Below are positions 48,331-61,471 of a DNA stretch of 64,000 nucleotides, piece after piece. This DNA is from Oikopleura dioica (lineage: Eukaryota; Animalia; Chordata). A program made the position numbers and the translations under genes. The number at the start of each line of letters is the position of its first letter. Positions within the stretch are counted from its first letter, which is position 1. The notes under the pieces are model-generated. The model was not told the DNA's origin. It was given only the letters and a program-made list of their open reading frames with translations, and made no database searches. The stretch is from the NCBI GenBank assembly GCA_907165135.1, contig OU015570.1, positions 2,625,929-2,689,928 on the forward strand, read 5' to 3'.

Positions 48331-49299
48331 TTGCAACCGTTAAGCCTGCAATAAAAACGAACTCAAAAATAAAATTGTCATGAAAAGGCTACTCTGAATA
48401 GCAAAAAAGGCGAGCACAATTTCAATAAGATGAGCAAAAACTTTTTTTGGAACGCCCTTGTTATGTTTCCGAATGTCCCAAATGACTGTAAGGATGCTCC
48501 TGCGGTGAACCTTTTCAATTTCTTACGACGCATCCGATAGTTCTGTCGGCTAATTTTCTAAGTTTCCCTCTTCGTTTTTATCAGGCTTTTTTCTTATATA
48601 TTCTGGCCGAAGTTATTGAGTCCGAACGAGTGTGCCGCTAGTACTCGTGTAAAAAAAGAGGAGCGTAAAGGAACAGATGACAAAACGTAAGAGTCAGCGG
48701 GAGTGCAGAGAAAGTGGGGCGTGATGGGGCTTTGATCAAGCTATTAAAAGGCTTTGATTGACAAGCTTAAACTAGGGCTAAAGCTAGAATACTACACCCT
48801 ACCCCCACTTAGGGAAAGAGGACATGTTCCTAAGTTCTATACGATTAAATCTAGACTGTAAATAATGATTTAGAGAGTAGCGCACAAAAACGGAGAAGGT
48901 GAGTTTTGTTGAAATTAAAACAGAAGATGAGTTAAAAGATAGCAAAAAAGAGATGAAGATGTACAGTCGTAGAGAAATCGGATTTGTTGAGCAAATGGGA
49001 GCGGCGTATCAAGGGCGGCGATTGTATCGGCGACGAAGATAGTCCGCAGGAGTTAGTAGTCTGACTGCACAGGGTGCACAGGTGCACTATCACTCTGCGA
49101 AAAATATAAGAAATTGATTTTGAGGAACATACCGATCTGTGCTAATAAGTTCAGTCAAATTCCTGTTTAAGCGGACTTTTGATGTCGCGGTAGGGATTAA
49201 CGGACTACAAAATAAAAATTCCGCCAAATTTATCAGAGAGTTTAGGGTCTTAGCTATTATTTCTATTAAAAAAATATGAAATCAAATATCAGGAAGGTA

Positions 49300-49860
49300 C
49301 CTAAACTGTGGTAATAAAATTGGCAAAATCGTTGTTGACACCCTTAAGATGGGATGGTTGAAGTCGGAATCCAAGCTGTTGTCGGGTAATTGTCTGGAGT
49401 TGAAGTTGCTGAGGAAGGTGGTCGGTATATTGAAAAGGGGAAATCGGCGAAAGAGGAGAGGTTAGTAGTTGTTTGAAGCGGGATTGGCGAAGGCGGTAGC
49501 GGCGATACAGATAACGTTGATGAGGTTGTTGACGGAAAGTACGGCGGGTTTCGGTGTTAAAATGGCAAGGATGAGATACAGGACAGCGGCGGCGTTATGA
49601 GCGGCTAAGTTGACATTGTTGAAGTAGGTGGCGAGGTCGTGGTCGGTAGAATGTTGCTGATTGTGGTCATCGAGATTGTTGTCGGTGAGGTTGCTGTCGT
49701 CGAGGTTGTTGTTGGTGAGGATGTGATTGCTGTTGATGTTGTCGTGTGTTTGTTGGAGTTGTTGTCGTCGGAGTTGTTGTTGGTGGATTTTGTGTCTGTG
49801 GTGCAATCCACGGCGGTGCTGGTCAACTTTGAGCTACTTTTTCAAAGGCTAAGGGTTAAG
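49300..49860 (-). other. Ser/Thr/Asn-rich low-complexity decayed reading frame
   Basis: (ACA/CAA)-rich minus strand; overlapping short ORFs with stops. Confidence 0.3.
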
Positions 49861-51589
49861 TTCTAGGGTGAGGTCTTTCTTAGTAAACTAACGATGTCGT
49901 CAAATGATTCCTGCGGTTTGGCCTCAGAGAATTTCGTAACCAATTTCGAAAAATCGATCGGACTTGACGTATGATTAGGGTTTTTCACGGGAGCGCGCGG
50001 GGCTCGGAACGCCTTCTGACCGCGATTGCCGTTATCACTTTTTCTGATGGGTTTTATATGAAAATTAAGGACAATACTAAATCGAGGATGAGGATAAATA
50101 ATATGCTATCAAATTTTTAGTTTTCTTTGAAAAAAAGGCTAAAAAATGGCAATTTTAGTGAAAAATCCTCACTTTAACACTGAACACACTCAGACACAGT
50201 CTCGATTTTTGAATATGATCAATCTCAAGCATAAAAAATTCACCTCTAAAATTTTTGGATAGCCGAAAATAGCCGGTCACCCAGAAATCCGCATTTAACT
50301 AGAACTTTTTGGCATTGCGCGCGCTGGAGTCGCGCACGGGGTCAGCGCCTGGCCTGAAAACGCGTATATTTACTCACTCCCCCGGAGAGCAGTCCGAACC
50401 TTTCTGTAGAAGGTGACGAAATAAAGTGGTTCGATGCAATTATTGGGGGATTTCCGATTTAAACATGATAATTTCATTGTAAATAATGCGGCTTACCCTC
50501 GAAAATGCCGAAAAATGCTAATTGTCAATTAGTTTCTGAACATGGGTTTGCAGAAATGTTAAAGATTCACAAAAAAAACATATTCCTTCGGCAGAAGGAG
50601 TCCGAACTTTTCCAGAGATTTAAAAAAGAAGTCAAAGCAGACTATTCTTACTTTTTTTCTAGAGAAATCAGAGCCGAAGTACCTTGTATCCCATGAAATA
50701 GTTAATGGATATAATGTTAGATACTGCTGTATAATAATAATTGTTATTTAACAAAAATAACCATTAGTTTCACCATGTTCAAAATCCCATAGAAAACTAT
50801 TTTGGGAAATTTTCACTGAAAAATCTCCCTTGCACCAAGTGCGCCAAGACAGCGCGCGCTGCACCACCAAAACGTCGACCGGCGCCTCTGATTTTTGTAT
50901 TTTTAGAATCAGCGGGTCAAATTAAGCTAACGATGAAATTTTCAGAAAAAAGTGATAAATACCATTTTCCCGTGAGAAACCCTACGTATGATTATTCGTA
51001 AGAAGTAATCGACAGTCACAAGCTGTTACGGAATGCATCATTTGGTATGGTTAGGGGGTTCACAGTGGGAAAATCGGCAAATTTAAAAGTACATGTATCT
51101 ATATTGTAACCTTACAAAAAGATTGGTTTTCATCTAATGATCATTTAATTTCATTAAAAGAAAACCCAAAAAGCACATTTTCACCCCAAAAATCGCGTGA
51201 CAAGGGTAGACAAAACATATTTTTGCCTGTAGAAAACAAGTGCCAAAAGGTTACCTCGTAATTTTCCAGCATATAAAAGAGCAGATCAAGCGCTTTCAAG
51301 TGATAGTCATATGATCTTGTGGTCTCGTGAGGAAAAAATTCTAGAGCCGATTTTCTGTCAAAATCCTTCACTTTTGGCCAAGAGGGGTGTTCGAATCCCG
51401 ACGATGACATTTTTTTTTCAAACCATTTTTTCCAAATAAAATGATCAACACTGATCATGTGATCTAGCGTGAGTCCTTTTTTGTCCTTCGGAGGGCTTTT
51501 CTGGTGGAAGAGTGCTCCTGGAAGAAGAAAATTTTCGACAAATTTTTAATTTTAAGGGGCTTGACGGCTTTTAGAAATGCTAAAAATTT

Positions 51590-53620
51590 ATATCAAAATG
51601 CTTCTCTACTCATAAGGGTGGTATGCGGTTATCTGTGTACCATACCCGTGAATCTCCTATTTTAGTTTCATGGGTACCGGTACCAGTGAATTCTAAATTT
51701 CAGTTTCGTGGGTATCAGGTACTTGCGAACGCTCTCTTTAAGTTTCGTGTGTACCAGGTCCCCGCGAATGCTATTTTCAAAGCTCGTGGGTACCGAAGTC
51801 TTACGAACGCTTTTCAACTTTCATGAGACTCAGAAGATAGAAGACAATGGAAAAGCGCTCATCTTAAAATTAATGATAAGCTCCAACTTATGATTGCCTT
51901 GACTCAAGGTAACTCAAGGTTGACTGAAGGTAACCCTAAGTAACCCTAGACTAGACCCCGGCATCTTAGGCCCGAAGGGGCGGAGCCCCGAGGTAAGGGG
52001 CTTAGATTAAGATAGAAAGGTCGACCTTAATAGGTTGATATTGACTGAGTCAAAACAAGGTCTAGAAAAATTTCTACCAACCGCAGCTGCTTGGTACCCA
52101 GGAAACTTAATAACAATGTTCGCGGGTCATGGGTACCCATGAAAGTCAAAACTAATGTTCGTGGGGACCTGGTACACGCGAACGTTGAGAAAAGCCTTCA
52201 CGGGTACCTGGTACACATGAAACCAAAGTTGAGCATTCACGGGTCCGTGGTACCCACGAAACAAAAAAGAGCATTCACGGGTACAGGTACACAGATAACC
52301 GCGTACAACCCTCATAAGGTGTCCTTTTTATAGATATTTGAACTGAACTACTTGGCTAACCGACCGGTCTACAGCCGACCCGAACAAAAGTTGTTTTTGA
52401 ATCCAATTAGGGAAGGAGCCAAGCCATCCAAAAGGGGAGGCCAGGTCTGTTTTTGAGTCCAGCCAGGGAAGGGGCCAAGCCGACCCAAAGGGGAGACTAG
52501 CCTCGTTTGTTGAATCTAGTTTAGGATGTAGCAAAGCCGACCCTAAGGGAAAGCCAGACCCGTTCGTTAAAGAAGTTTGGGAAGGGGCCAAGCCGACCCA
52601 AAGGGAAAACCAGCCGCGTTTTTTGAATCTTGTTTAAGAAGAGGCCAAGCTGACCCGAAAGTAAGGCCAGCCCCGTTTCTCGAATCAAGTTAGGGTTACG
52701 CCACGCCGACTCTAGGGTTAGGGTTAGGGTAAGGCTGACCCGAAGATGAGACAAGCCCTGTTTTTTGAATCCAGTCAAGGAAGGGGCAAAGCCGAACCCC
52801 TAGACTGGATTCGAAAAACAAGGCTGGCATCGTCTTTGTGTCGGCTTGGCCCTCTCCAAACTGGATTCAAGAAACGGGGCTCAAACAATAAGTCAGTTTT
52901 GAAAGTTTTTCAGTTTTGAAAAATTCTCAGTTTTGACAAATTTCGGTTTTGAAAACTCAAAATTTGCCTACTCTTAATTTGGCCGGTTTTGATCGAAATT
53001 GGCTGAATTTTGAATCTGAAAAAAACTCAAAAATTGGCCGCTTGTTAAAAAATATAAAAATTTGCATCAAAATAGACCCAAATTATGGTCTTTCTGACCA
53101 TTTTGAAGCGTTTAAATTATCTAAAATAACTTTATTTTGATAAAAATGACTTAGAACAAGCAAAAAAATTGAATAAAATTCATCAAAAACGTGAAAATCA
53201 TGCCCGAATTCGAAAATTTCGAAACTTTGGTTTTTTGAAGAGGAAGCTTGGCTACCCGGCAAAAAAAATCAAAATTTGGCCGCTTTTTTCGGAAATTTGG
53301 ATCTGAAAACCGGCCAATTTTTGAGTTTTCACTGTATAATGTATAATAATATGTATATAATATCGTCGATATGCTGCATCGAAAAAGAAGTCGATTGATA
53401 TGTATATTGGTATGTATACTGTGCCTGAGGAAATAAACCGCGGAGAACCACGCGGTTTACCGGGCGCTTGACCATGCGGTTATGTAGTTTAATGCTCAAA
53501 AATGAATCCAGCATCGTAAAAGAAGTCGATTGATATGTATATTGGTATGTATACTATGCCTAAGGAAATGAACCGCGGTGAGCCACGCGGTTAACCGGGC
53601 GGTTTGCCGCGGTTGAGGGG
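51590..53620. repeat. Diverged relative of the 9396-12762 hAT element (57-bp and aaccgc arrays)
   Basis: 25-bp identity atcaaaatgcttctctactcataag (51592 vs 10510); aagccgaccc..ggg repeats at 52410-52860; aaccgcgg..cgcggtt duplication at 53380-53620. Confidence 0.65.
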
Positions 53621-56045
53621 TCTACCAAAAGCTTAAGTCCTGAGAATTCTAATGACGTCAAAAAATAATAAAATATACAGTAAAACCCCAACTTAAGGCC
53701 ACTTTTTGGATGACAGCTAATTTGAAAAGTGGCCTTAAGTTGGGTGAATACAAATTCAGCAATTGTCAAGAGTCCATTGAGATTGTTGAGACGTGGATTC
53801 TCCATAAGAAGTGAATTGATATCAAAGAGGTAATGAGCAAGTTGGAATCGCTCCATTTGATGAAAAGACTTGGACCAAGGCACAACTTGCATAGGGGATC
53901 GTATTCCAACAAGTTTGACATCTTCCAATTCTTGAAGCATTTTCTTCTTTGTCTTGACATCAAGTGAAGAGATTCGATTTGCTGATTTGAAATTGACTGG
54001 AATAACGTAAAAGAGACCAACACCCTTTCATTCGATAAATCAATTGAGAAATGATTTTATCCCTTCGTTCATCCATTTCACCAATTAGCCGCACCCGCCT
54101 AAACATAAATAAAAAGCTTACAAATTGATGTACCTTGCGCCTTGGTGAGAGTTTCGGCTAGCCAGTTGATCACTGTTTGATTGTCGCACGTCTCGAGTAG
54201 TCGCAGTGCTGCTTGCAATTTCAGATTGTTGCTGAATGCCATTGCTGACGTGCAGATGACCATCACCATCAGTGCCAAAATCAACAGAGTGGTGACATGT
54301 TTCTTGAGGAATCTGTCCAACCGGCTCCTCATCACATCCTCGTATCTCGGTTGGTGTCGGCGAAATCGGGGTCGAGGGGATGGAGTCGGTGGTGGTGTCA
54401 GGGAACATGAGTCCGAGTCCGTTATTGATGGCAGCGGCGAGACCATCGGTAACTGCAGAGTCGGACGCGGAACACCACCAGTCGGGCTTCGATTCATTCA
54501 TGCAAACTGAAAAAAATCAACCTCTAATAATTTAAAAGTTAATTGGACAGCATAAGTTTTTCTTGCTGTCGATTCTCCAAAGCGTTCTTGACATAGGCAG
54601 CTGAAGTTGGGCTCAAGTTGGTGAGTGAATTGAACTAAAATCCTTGTCAATATTTCAAATAATTCTAATTATTTCGAATTATTCAAATTATTCATCGAAT
54701 AATTCAAATTATTTGAATTATTCATCAAATAAATCAAATAATTCCAATTATTCGAATAATTTGAATAAGTCAATTTGGCGAACGGGTCGGTACGACCCAA
54801 GGAGCCAAATCGGTCCAAGACTTTGGACCGGGCCCGAAGGGTCGGAGGATCGCAGTGCGCGCGGGACTGTTAAAACTCTCGCTTAAGATTTCTACGAAAT
54901 CTACGCTTGAGTTTGAGTACGCTTACGTGTGCGCGCGAGTTTGCAGATGAAAACTTACGACTGTGAGGTTGTTAACGTTCTGTTGTTGTTGAAGTGATTG
55001 AGTGTTCCAATAATTGGGCAAAAGTGGAGCTCGCTCATCTGTTCGCACTGGTTTTGGCACAGGTGGAATCGCAAGTGGATGTTCAACTTCCATATTGGAT
55101 GTGTTGATCAAAGGATCAGTTTCTGCTTGCTGTTCTTCTTGTTGAGTTTGTTGTGGCGCTTGCTGCTGCTGCTGTGGCTCTTCTTGCTGCGGTGGCTCTT
55201 CTTGCTGCTGTCCGCCTAAAAATGTTTATTTGAAATGGATTTGTTCATACCTTGTTCTTCAAGTGGTATTTCTCGGTCATCCTCAATCTCGCACTTGCAG
55301 CATTTACAGCACTCGTTGAATGCATTGAGCGCGCCCCTCTTGTAACATTTGTAGCAGCACGAGAGCACAAACAGGCAAAGAAGAACAACAAACAGCTTCC
55401 CAAGAGTGATTAGAAATCTTTCAATTAGTTGACTATCTGCACGACTTACCTATTATTTATAATCATAAGCATTGGCTCAGCCGTCGAATTCGTCCCATTT
55501 GATGCCTCGATTGTCTGATTTGTCACGATTGTCTCGATTGTCTGATTTGTCACGATTGTCTCGATTGGTTCGATTGTCTCGATTGCTTCGACTGTAGTTG
55601 GCTCCTCAGTTGTAGTAGTAGTATTGTTGGGCTGAGTCGACTCTACCACAGGTGATACGCGTCTGGTACTCGGCTCAACCGGCTCGACAACAGGAGGTTG
55701 AACTGGTTCTGGCGGAAAATATTTTTGACAAATCCAGTCACCTGGATTTCGTCTACATTTCTTCTTCAATCGCTCGTAGGTGAACTGACATGCAACGATT
55801 CGAATCAAAAAAAGTCCGACTTTCATTCTAAACTCGAATCATCAATAATCGGTTCAGTCGGATTCATTTTCAGTCAGATCGCTGGCTTCGCTTGTGTCGT
55901 CATTCTTTGCGTCATCGTCGGTGTCGTCGTTGGCGTCGTCATCGTTGTCCTCGTCGTCGTGATTGTCTGCCATGTGCAAGGCGTTATGATCGTAGATTTT
56001 ATAAGCTTCGTCGCCGTCCAAAAACTCTAAAAATAGCGTATTTTA

Positions 56046-56283
56046 CGCTATGGTCTAAAAAATGCGCTACCTAAAAAAATGTGTGCTACTAAAAAATGCG
56101 TACACTAAAAAAATGTGCTACCTAAAAAAATGTGCTGGTTTTTTTTTCAGCGGCCAGAAGATAAATTCAAAAAAAGTCGCATTTTTTTAAGGTACGCACA
56201 TTTTTAACGTCCACATTTTTTTAGTGTACGCATTTTTTAGTAGCACACATTTTTTTAGGTAGCGCATTTTTTAGACCATAGCG
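56046..56283. mobile_element. Intronic TA-target MITE with long TIRs
   Basis: CGCTATGGTCTAAAAAATGCGCTACC..GGTAGCGCATTTTTTAGACCATAGCG, flanked by TA at 56044-56045 and 56284-56285. Confidence 0.8.
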
Positions 56284-57899
56284 TAAAAAACAAAATTTTT
56301 ACCTCGGTGGAATCGGACGTAAGCCTTCTTCAACGCTTCGATTTGAGTTTGACCATCTTGCTGAGCTTTTTCAATAGCTTCTTCCGTTTCCTTCGCAGTG
56401 ATTTTTTTCTTCTTTTCAATCGTCTGGCGAATGAGCTCCTTTGCGTATCGGCCTTGAGGAGTCTTCAATCGCTTAAGGTCTTCCCAAGGATAAGAAAACC
56501 AGCACTGCCATCGGCAATTGTCGGCATCTATTCTATTGCTTCCAAACTAAATAATTGTTAGTTTTTTTCCCTTTTAAATTTATTACCATGTACGCGACCG
56601 CAATTTTTTCCGTGAAAGGAACGAGCGCGTTTCCTTCAAGAAACAACAAAATCGCTTCCTGAGATGAGAAGTGGTTGGAATTCTTCTTGAAGACGGATGG
56701 AAGTGACGCCTCGATGGTTTTAAGAGCGTATGACAAATCTGCATTGTTGTGAACCTCTTCAGTGTCGATTTTCGTATCATATGGGCTAGGATGGCTGAAG
56801 ATACCGAGCACGTTCTCGTGGCCCATTTCTTCGTAAAGACTAGCCGGCAAATAATAATTGGCCATTCGTAAGACATTTTCGACGCGTTCTTCTTCTGTTT
56901 TTGGGCAAAAACCGAACATCATCGCAGTTGCAATACGACGATACTCGGTTTGTAGTCGGGGATAGTTTTTCTGTGAGTTTTTCTGTACAATTCGATTGGC
57001 AGCTCGGTCGACAGCGGTTCGATACAGGCAGTTTTCAATGTATGACCCAACCATGTGAACTTGGTGAAGTGAAGGTGGTCGCAGTTGACGCTCGTGACCA
57101 AGTGATTGTTTAACCTTAATTTGTTTATGAGAGCTCGAGTTTTTCTTTTACCTCTTTGCTTTCGAGAATTTCAGCAATTTTTGCATAAGGAGGTGTTACT
57201 GATGAAAGTTTGAATCCGATAGCAAGGAGGAGAGCGCATTTATGTTCGGCGAAATCGTCACGTCCAATTTTCGGCCAAGGCCAAATCGTAGCAGCTTGTT
57301 CGTTCAAAGTCGCCAGCAAAAATCCGGGATTGCCAAGTTGTGGATCTTGCATGCTGACCAGTTTCAACGATTCTGGTTCGAAGTAAACCAAATTTCATTA
57401 AATGATGTAAAATAATTAAATTTACCCAGATTCTTAAATCTTGAATAACAAAATTATCCACAAGATCTTGGGACCAAATGACGGACATGCAGCCAAGTTT
57501 GATCCACGGTTTAGTTGGTCCGCCAAATTCCTCAACGGTGTGGAAGCATATGAAGTTGTGAACAGGTGTGTCGATAAACGTCTCCAGGAAAATCATGTAA
57601 GACGGTGGTGGATAATCGTTTTTGTATTTTAATTCATAAAAAGCCTGGCTGACTCTCTGCATCCAGGCGCCAATGCGTGAATTCCCAAGGCAAGGAGTGA
57701 TCCCGACAACACATTGAGCGCTTTGAGCAAGCAAGTTTCGAAGAGCGTATCGATTCAAATGAATTGTAGCGTCTTCGTTGATGAACCTCTCTTGCAAATC
57801 CCGATTCAATTCATCGTCGTCGTTGTCCTCGTCGTCGCTCAAATCCGGCAACTTGTTCTCACAGACTTTGATCATTTTGCGCATTGTTTCCGAGTCCAA

Positions 57900-58050
57900 C
57901 TAAATTATTATTTCGAATAATTTGAATTATTCGAAATTATTTGAATTATTCGAAATTATTTGAATTTTTCGAATAAATCGAATAATTATTCGAATAATTT
58001 GAATTATTCGAAATTATTTGAATTTTTTGAATAATTCGAAACACTTTTAA
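57900..58050. repeat. AT-rich palindromic repeat family (AATTATTCGAATAATT)
   Basis: Also at ~29505-29650, ~30720-30830 and ~54655-54765, usually in putative introns. Confidence 0.7.
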
Positions 58051-60357
58051 TAAAACGAATAAGTCGAATGAATCCTCACCTTATCAATCTCTTTTTGAGT
58101 TTCAGGATCGATAACTCCTTGGAGGTCCACAACGCGCTCCATTTGGGGAAGATCGTCCAAAGTGTCGAATTAAATGGAAGGACCGGTGCGAACGTTTAGG
58201 ATCGGAGCTTTTCCAGAAGCAGCAATTCGACGAAATTGGAGTGTGTCGTCTGATAAAAAAAGTTTGACTGATTTCTTCGCTTTTGGTCTTTCCTCCGCAG
58301 CTCTCGCAGCTTTTTCCTTCGCAGCTTTTTCCTTCGCAGCTCTTTCTGCAGCTCTTTCTGCAGCTCTTTCTAGAGCTTTTTCCTCAGCTTTTTCCTCAAC
58401 AGCTTTTTTCAAAGCTGCTTTTCTTTCCTCGGCCTTTTTCTTTCGATTCGCACTGTTATAGTTTTTCGGAGCGTTTGGATCTTTGGGCGGACGTCCTCTT
58501 CCTCTCTTTTTCGGTTGAGCTGGTTCATCCGGGCTTCGATCTCTTTTGTCAGGCCTCTTTATCAGTGGAGGAGGTGGTGGAAGTGACGCTGCTGGAACTG
58601 GAGTCGTAACTGGAGTCAAGACTTGACAACCGGGTGTGTTGCCGATTGTTTGTGGCGACGAGCTGGCTTGTGGTTGAGCTGGCGATTAAACAGCTGGTGA
58701 TGGACTCGCTGGCGAGCTGACTACCGCTGGCGATTGATCAGTTTGAGGTTGAACGGTTGGTGAGCTGGCTCTTGGTTGAGCCGCTGGCGATTGAACAGTC
58801 GGTGAAGATGGACTTTGCCGGGGGTGAAACCACTGATGTTTGAGGCGAAAGAGTTGAAGATGAGCTTGATGGAGAAAGAGTCCAGCTCGGCGCTGGACTT
58901 TTGCCTGGTTCAACTTGTACGACAACATCGTTTGAAATATCGGGTTGGAAAAGAAACACAAAGTAGTCAGACGTCAGTGGTAAAATTCGAGACCTTTTTT
59001 CCATGTTCATCATTTCATCGAGGAAGAGCTGCTCATCCCATGGAACTCCCCTTATCGTAAAATCATCGCCGACTTGCATGGCAAAGTTTGTTGCCGCTTG
59101 ACACCGCTCTTCAGATTCGCAAACCTTTTTTCCACAATTTTGCGGAAAATTGTATTGATTGAATTGACGAGTTCTTTTGAGTGCTTGATAGATTGCCGAA
59201 TTTCTACGAAGATGATAATGGAGCACGTCGACTAGGTTTTGATCGTCGATTTTGTTGTGAAAATCCACTATCGATCTTCGCTCGTTCTCAATCAATGGGC
59301 TGAATTTGTCGTTCTGCAAAACAACCGAAGGCGAAAGAATCACTCTGCAAATCTCCTTGTTTTTCGACAACGATTCGATGGATGGAAGTGGATCTACAAA
59401 CATTGATTAACGCCTCAATTTATGTCTACCTTTAACAAGCTCGAGAAAATGCGGTCTCACGGCAACACTTGCAACCTTGTCGTTGTCCATCAAAACGGTT
59501 GGACCTGGATGATGGTTTTCATTCCTTCCTTCATACGTCGACTCAACGAGACAAGCTATCCGATTCAGCGCTTAATATAAAAAAATGGTTTAATTCTCAA
59601 GGGTTAGTAAAAAACGTAAAGGTGCACAACGGAAAAAAAATGAACTAGAAAGTAAAAGCTCTTGGCTTCTCGTTTTCTTTGTTTTCGTCGTTGGTGATGT
59701 TGAATTGACGTCCTATTATTTAATAAATATGCGAATAATTCAATAATTCCTACCCGATTTAAATTTGATCACAACTTGCATGTCGTTGTCGGCTTCAATG
59801 ACAATTGTTTTCTTCTCGATCTCCTCATCACTGCTCTTGTAGTCTTTTTTGAGTTTCGACAATCCGCCCAAACCTCCCAAACCTGTTGAGGCTGGTGGAG
59901 GTCCAAAAAGAGTCTTAGTCGCAGAAGGTGGAGGTATATAACGTTTTCCTTTTTCATCGCCGTGTGGGACTCGACAGACTGTACTTATTCGATCACCACT
60001 TTATTATGTAACTTCCGTGCCTTCACCATTTCCATATTTGGAAATCAATCTTTCTTCTCTCACACCTGCCGCTAAACGTCAGCTCCTCGAGTAAGAGAGC
60101 CGGCATTCTCAACTTACCGACTTAACAATAAAGTCCCAGCTCAGTTCGCTGATCCCACATATTGGTACCAGTTCGTTTCCGATACGAATCCACGTCTGTG
60201 TTCCGATTGGCCGAGAGATTCGTTATCCTGAAAACCACGTAACAAAATCCCGCGAGGGTCACCCTTTCAGAGAAATTAATAAAGGGTGCGAGAGAAAGGT
60301 ACGAGAATCCGTTGTCATTGCCAGAACTAAAATTGATTTCTACTTCGCACCGCTAAC

Positions 60358-61471
60358 ATGGGGAGAGCTCAAGAACAAGCCAAAGAAATTGAAATCTACG
60401 AAAAACTCCTCGATTGTGACGAGGTGAAGTCCGACGCAACAAAAAAAGAAGACATCGAGAAAAAAATAAAATCGCTGCGAGGGAAGTTAATCGAATCAGC
60501 AAAAGACCTCGACGGCGGAGACTTCTCCAGGAAGGACCAGTGCGATTTAAGCTCTATCAGGACGCAGCTGGGCGACGTCCCAATTTTCGAAGGTGGCTCC
60601 TTTGAGAGCACTAATACATTTATCGCGCGCTGCCAGAAGGTATTAGACTTGAGCGTAAAACCCAACATGAAACTCGAAAAAGAATTCATTGTTGACGTCA
60701 AATCGCGATGCTCTTTACATGTGACTCATCGAATGGGAAACGGGCACAAATCTTGGGAGGAGCTCAAGAAGGAAATATTCGCGAATTTCAGTGGAGGAAT
60801 TACGGCGATACAAAGTCTACAGCGGGCACTCAATACGCCTTACGACAAACGTAAAGGTTTCAAGAAACTGGCGACGCAGATCAGCCTTAATCTTGAAGCG
60901 GCGAAGACGACAATCGAAAAAAGCCTTAAGAAACAGGCATTGAAGCAGGAAGCTGGAAACGAGCCTGCTGTTGGGATCGAGATTGTCGAGCCGCTAACTG
61001 TGGACCGCCTCATGGACCACGTTGGAGCGTCGATTATGGCCACTATCATCCAGGTACATCACAATGATTTGTACAACTCGATGGCCCCAGTCTGGAAGAA
61101 GATATCTAATGCCGGGAACCTCGCAGAGCAAGCCGAGTACTACCAGACCCAGAGAGGCGGAGGTGAAATTTCAACTTATTACGGGCGAAGTATGAGAGGT
61201 GGCCGGTATCAAAAAAGAGCCAAAACGACAGCCAAAAAATGACCGAAAAAGCGCATCCAACGCGGACAACAAGAAGTATGGTAGCTCGGGCGGAGGCTCA
61301 ACTAATTCTAGAGGAAATCGCTTTAATAAAAAAGGCGGCTTCAAGAAACAAGCGTATGTAAACAACGAAGAGGAAGAGCACCAGCTGGATGCAAGCGACA
61401 AGGAGATTTCCGAGGACGAGGCGAGAAAGGAGACAATGTTCATCTCAAACCGACGAACGGATTTTTGCTAA
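60358..61471 (+). pseudogene. gag: gag with a 1-bp frameshift in an A6 run at 61211-61216
   Basis: A 294-aa helical ORF continues in another frame as a basic G/N-rich tail ending RRTDFC*; no CCHC knuckle. Confidence 0.8.

Larger units (their letters stand above)
53560..59957 (-). pseudogene. Cluster of closely packed, short-intron orphan genes with frameshifts and stops
   Basis: Exon-like frames at 59957-59760, 59575-58738, 58619-58100, 57900-57125, 57110-55870, 55826-55115 and 54497-54099; AT-hook KKRGRGRPPK at 58482-58511; two TM proteins. Confidence 0.55.
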
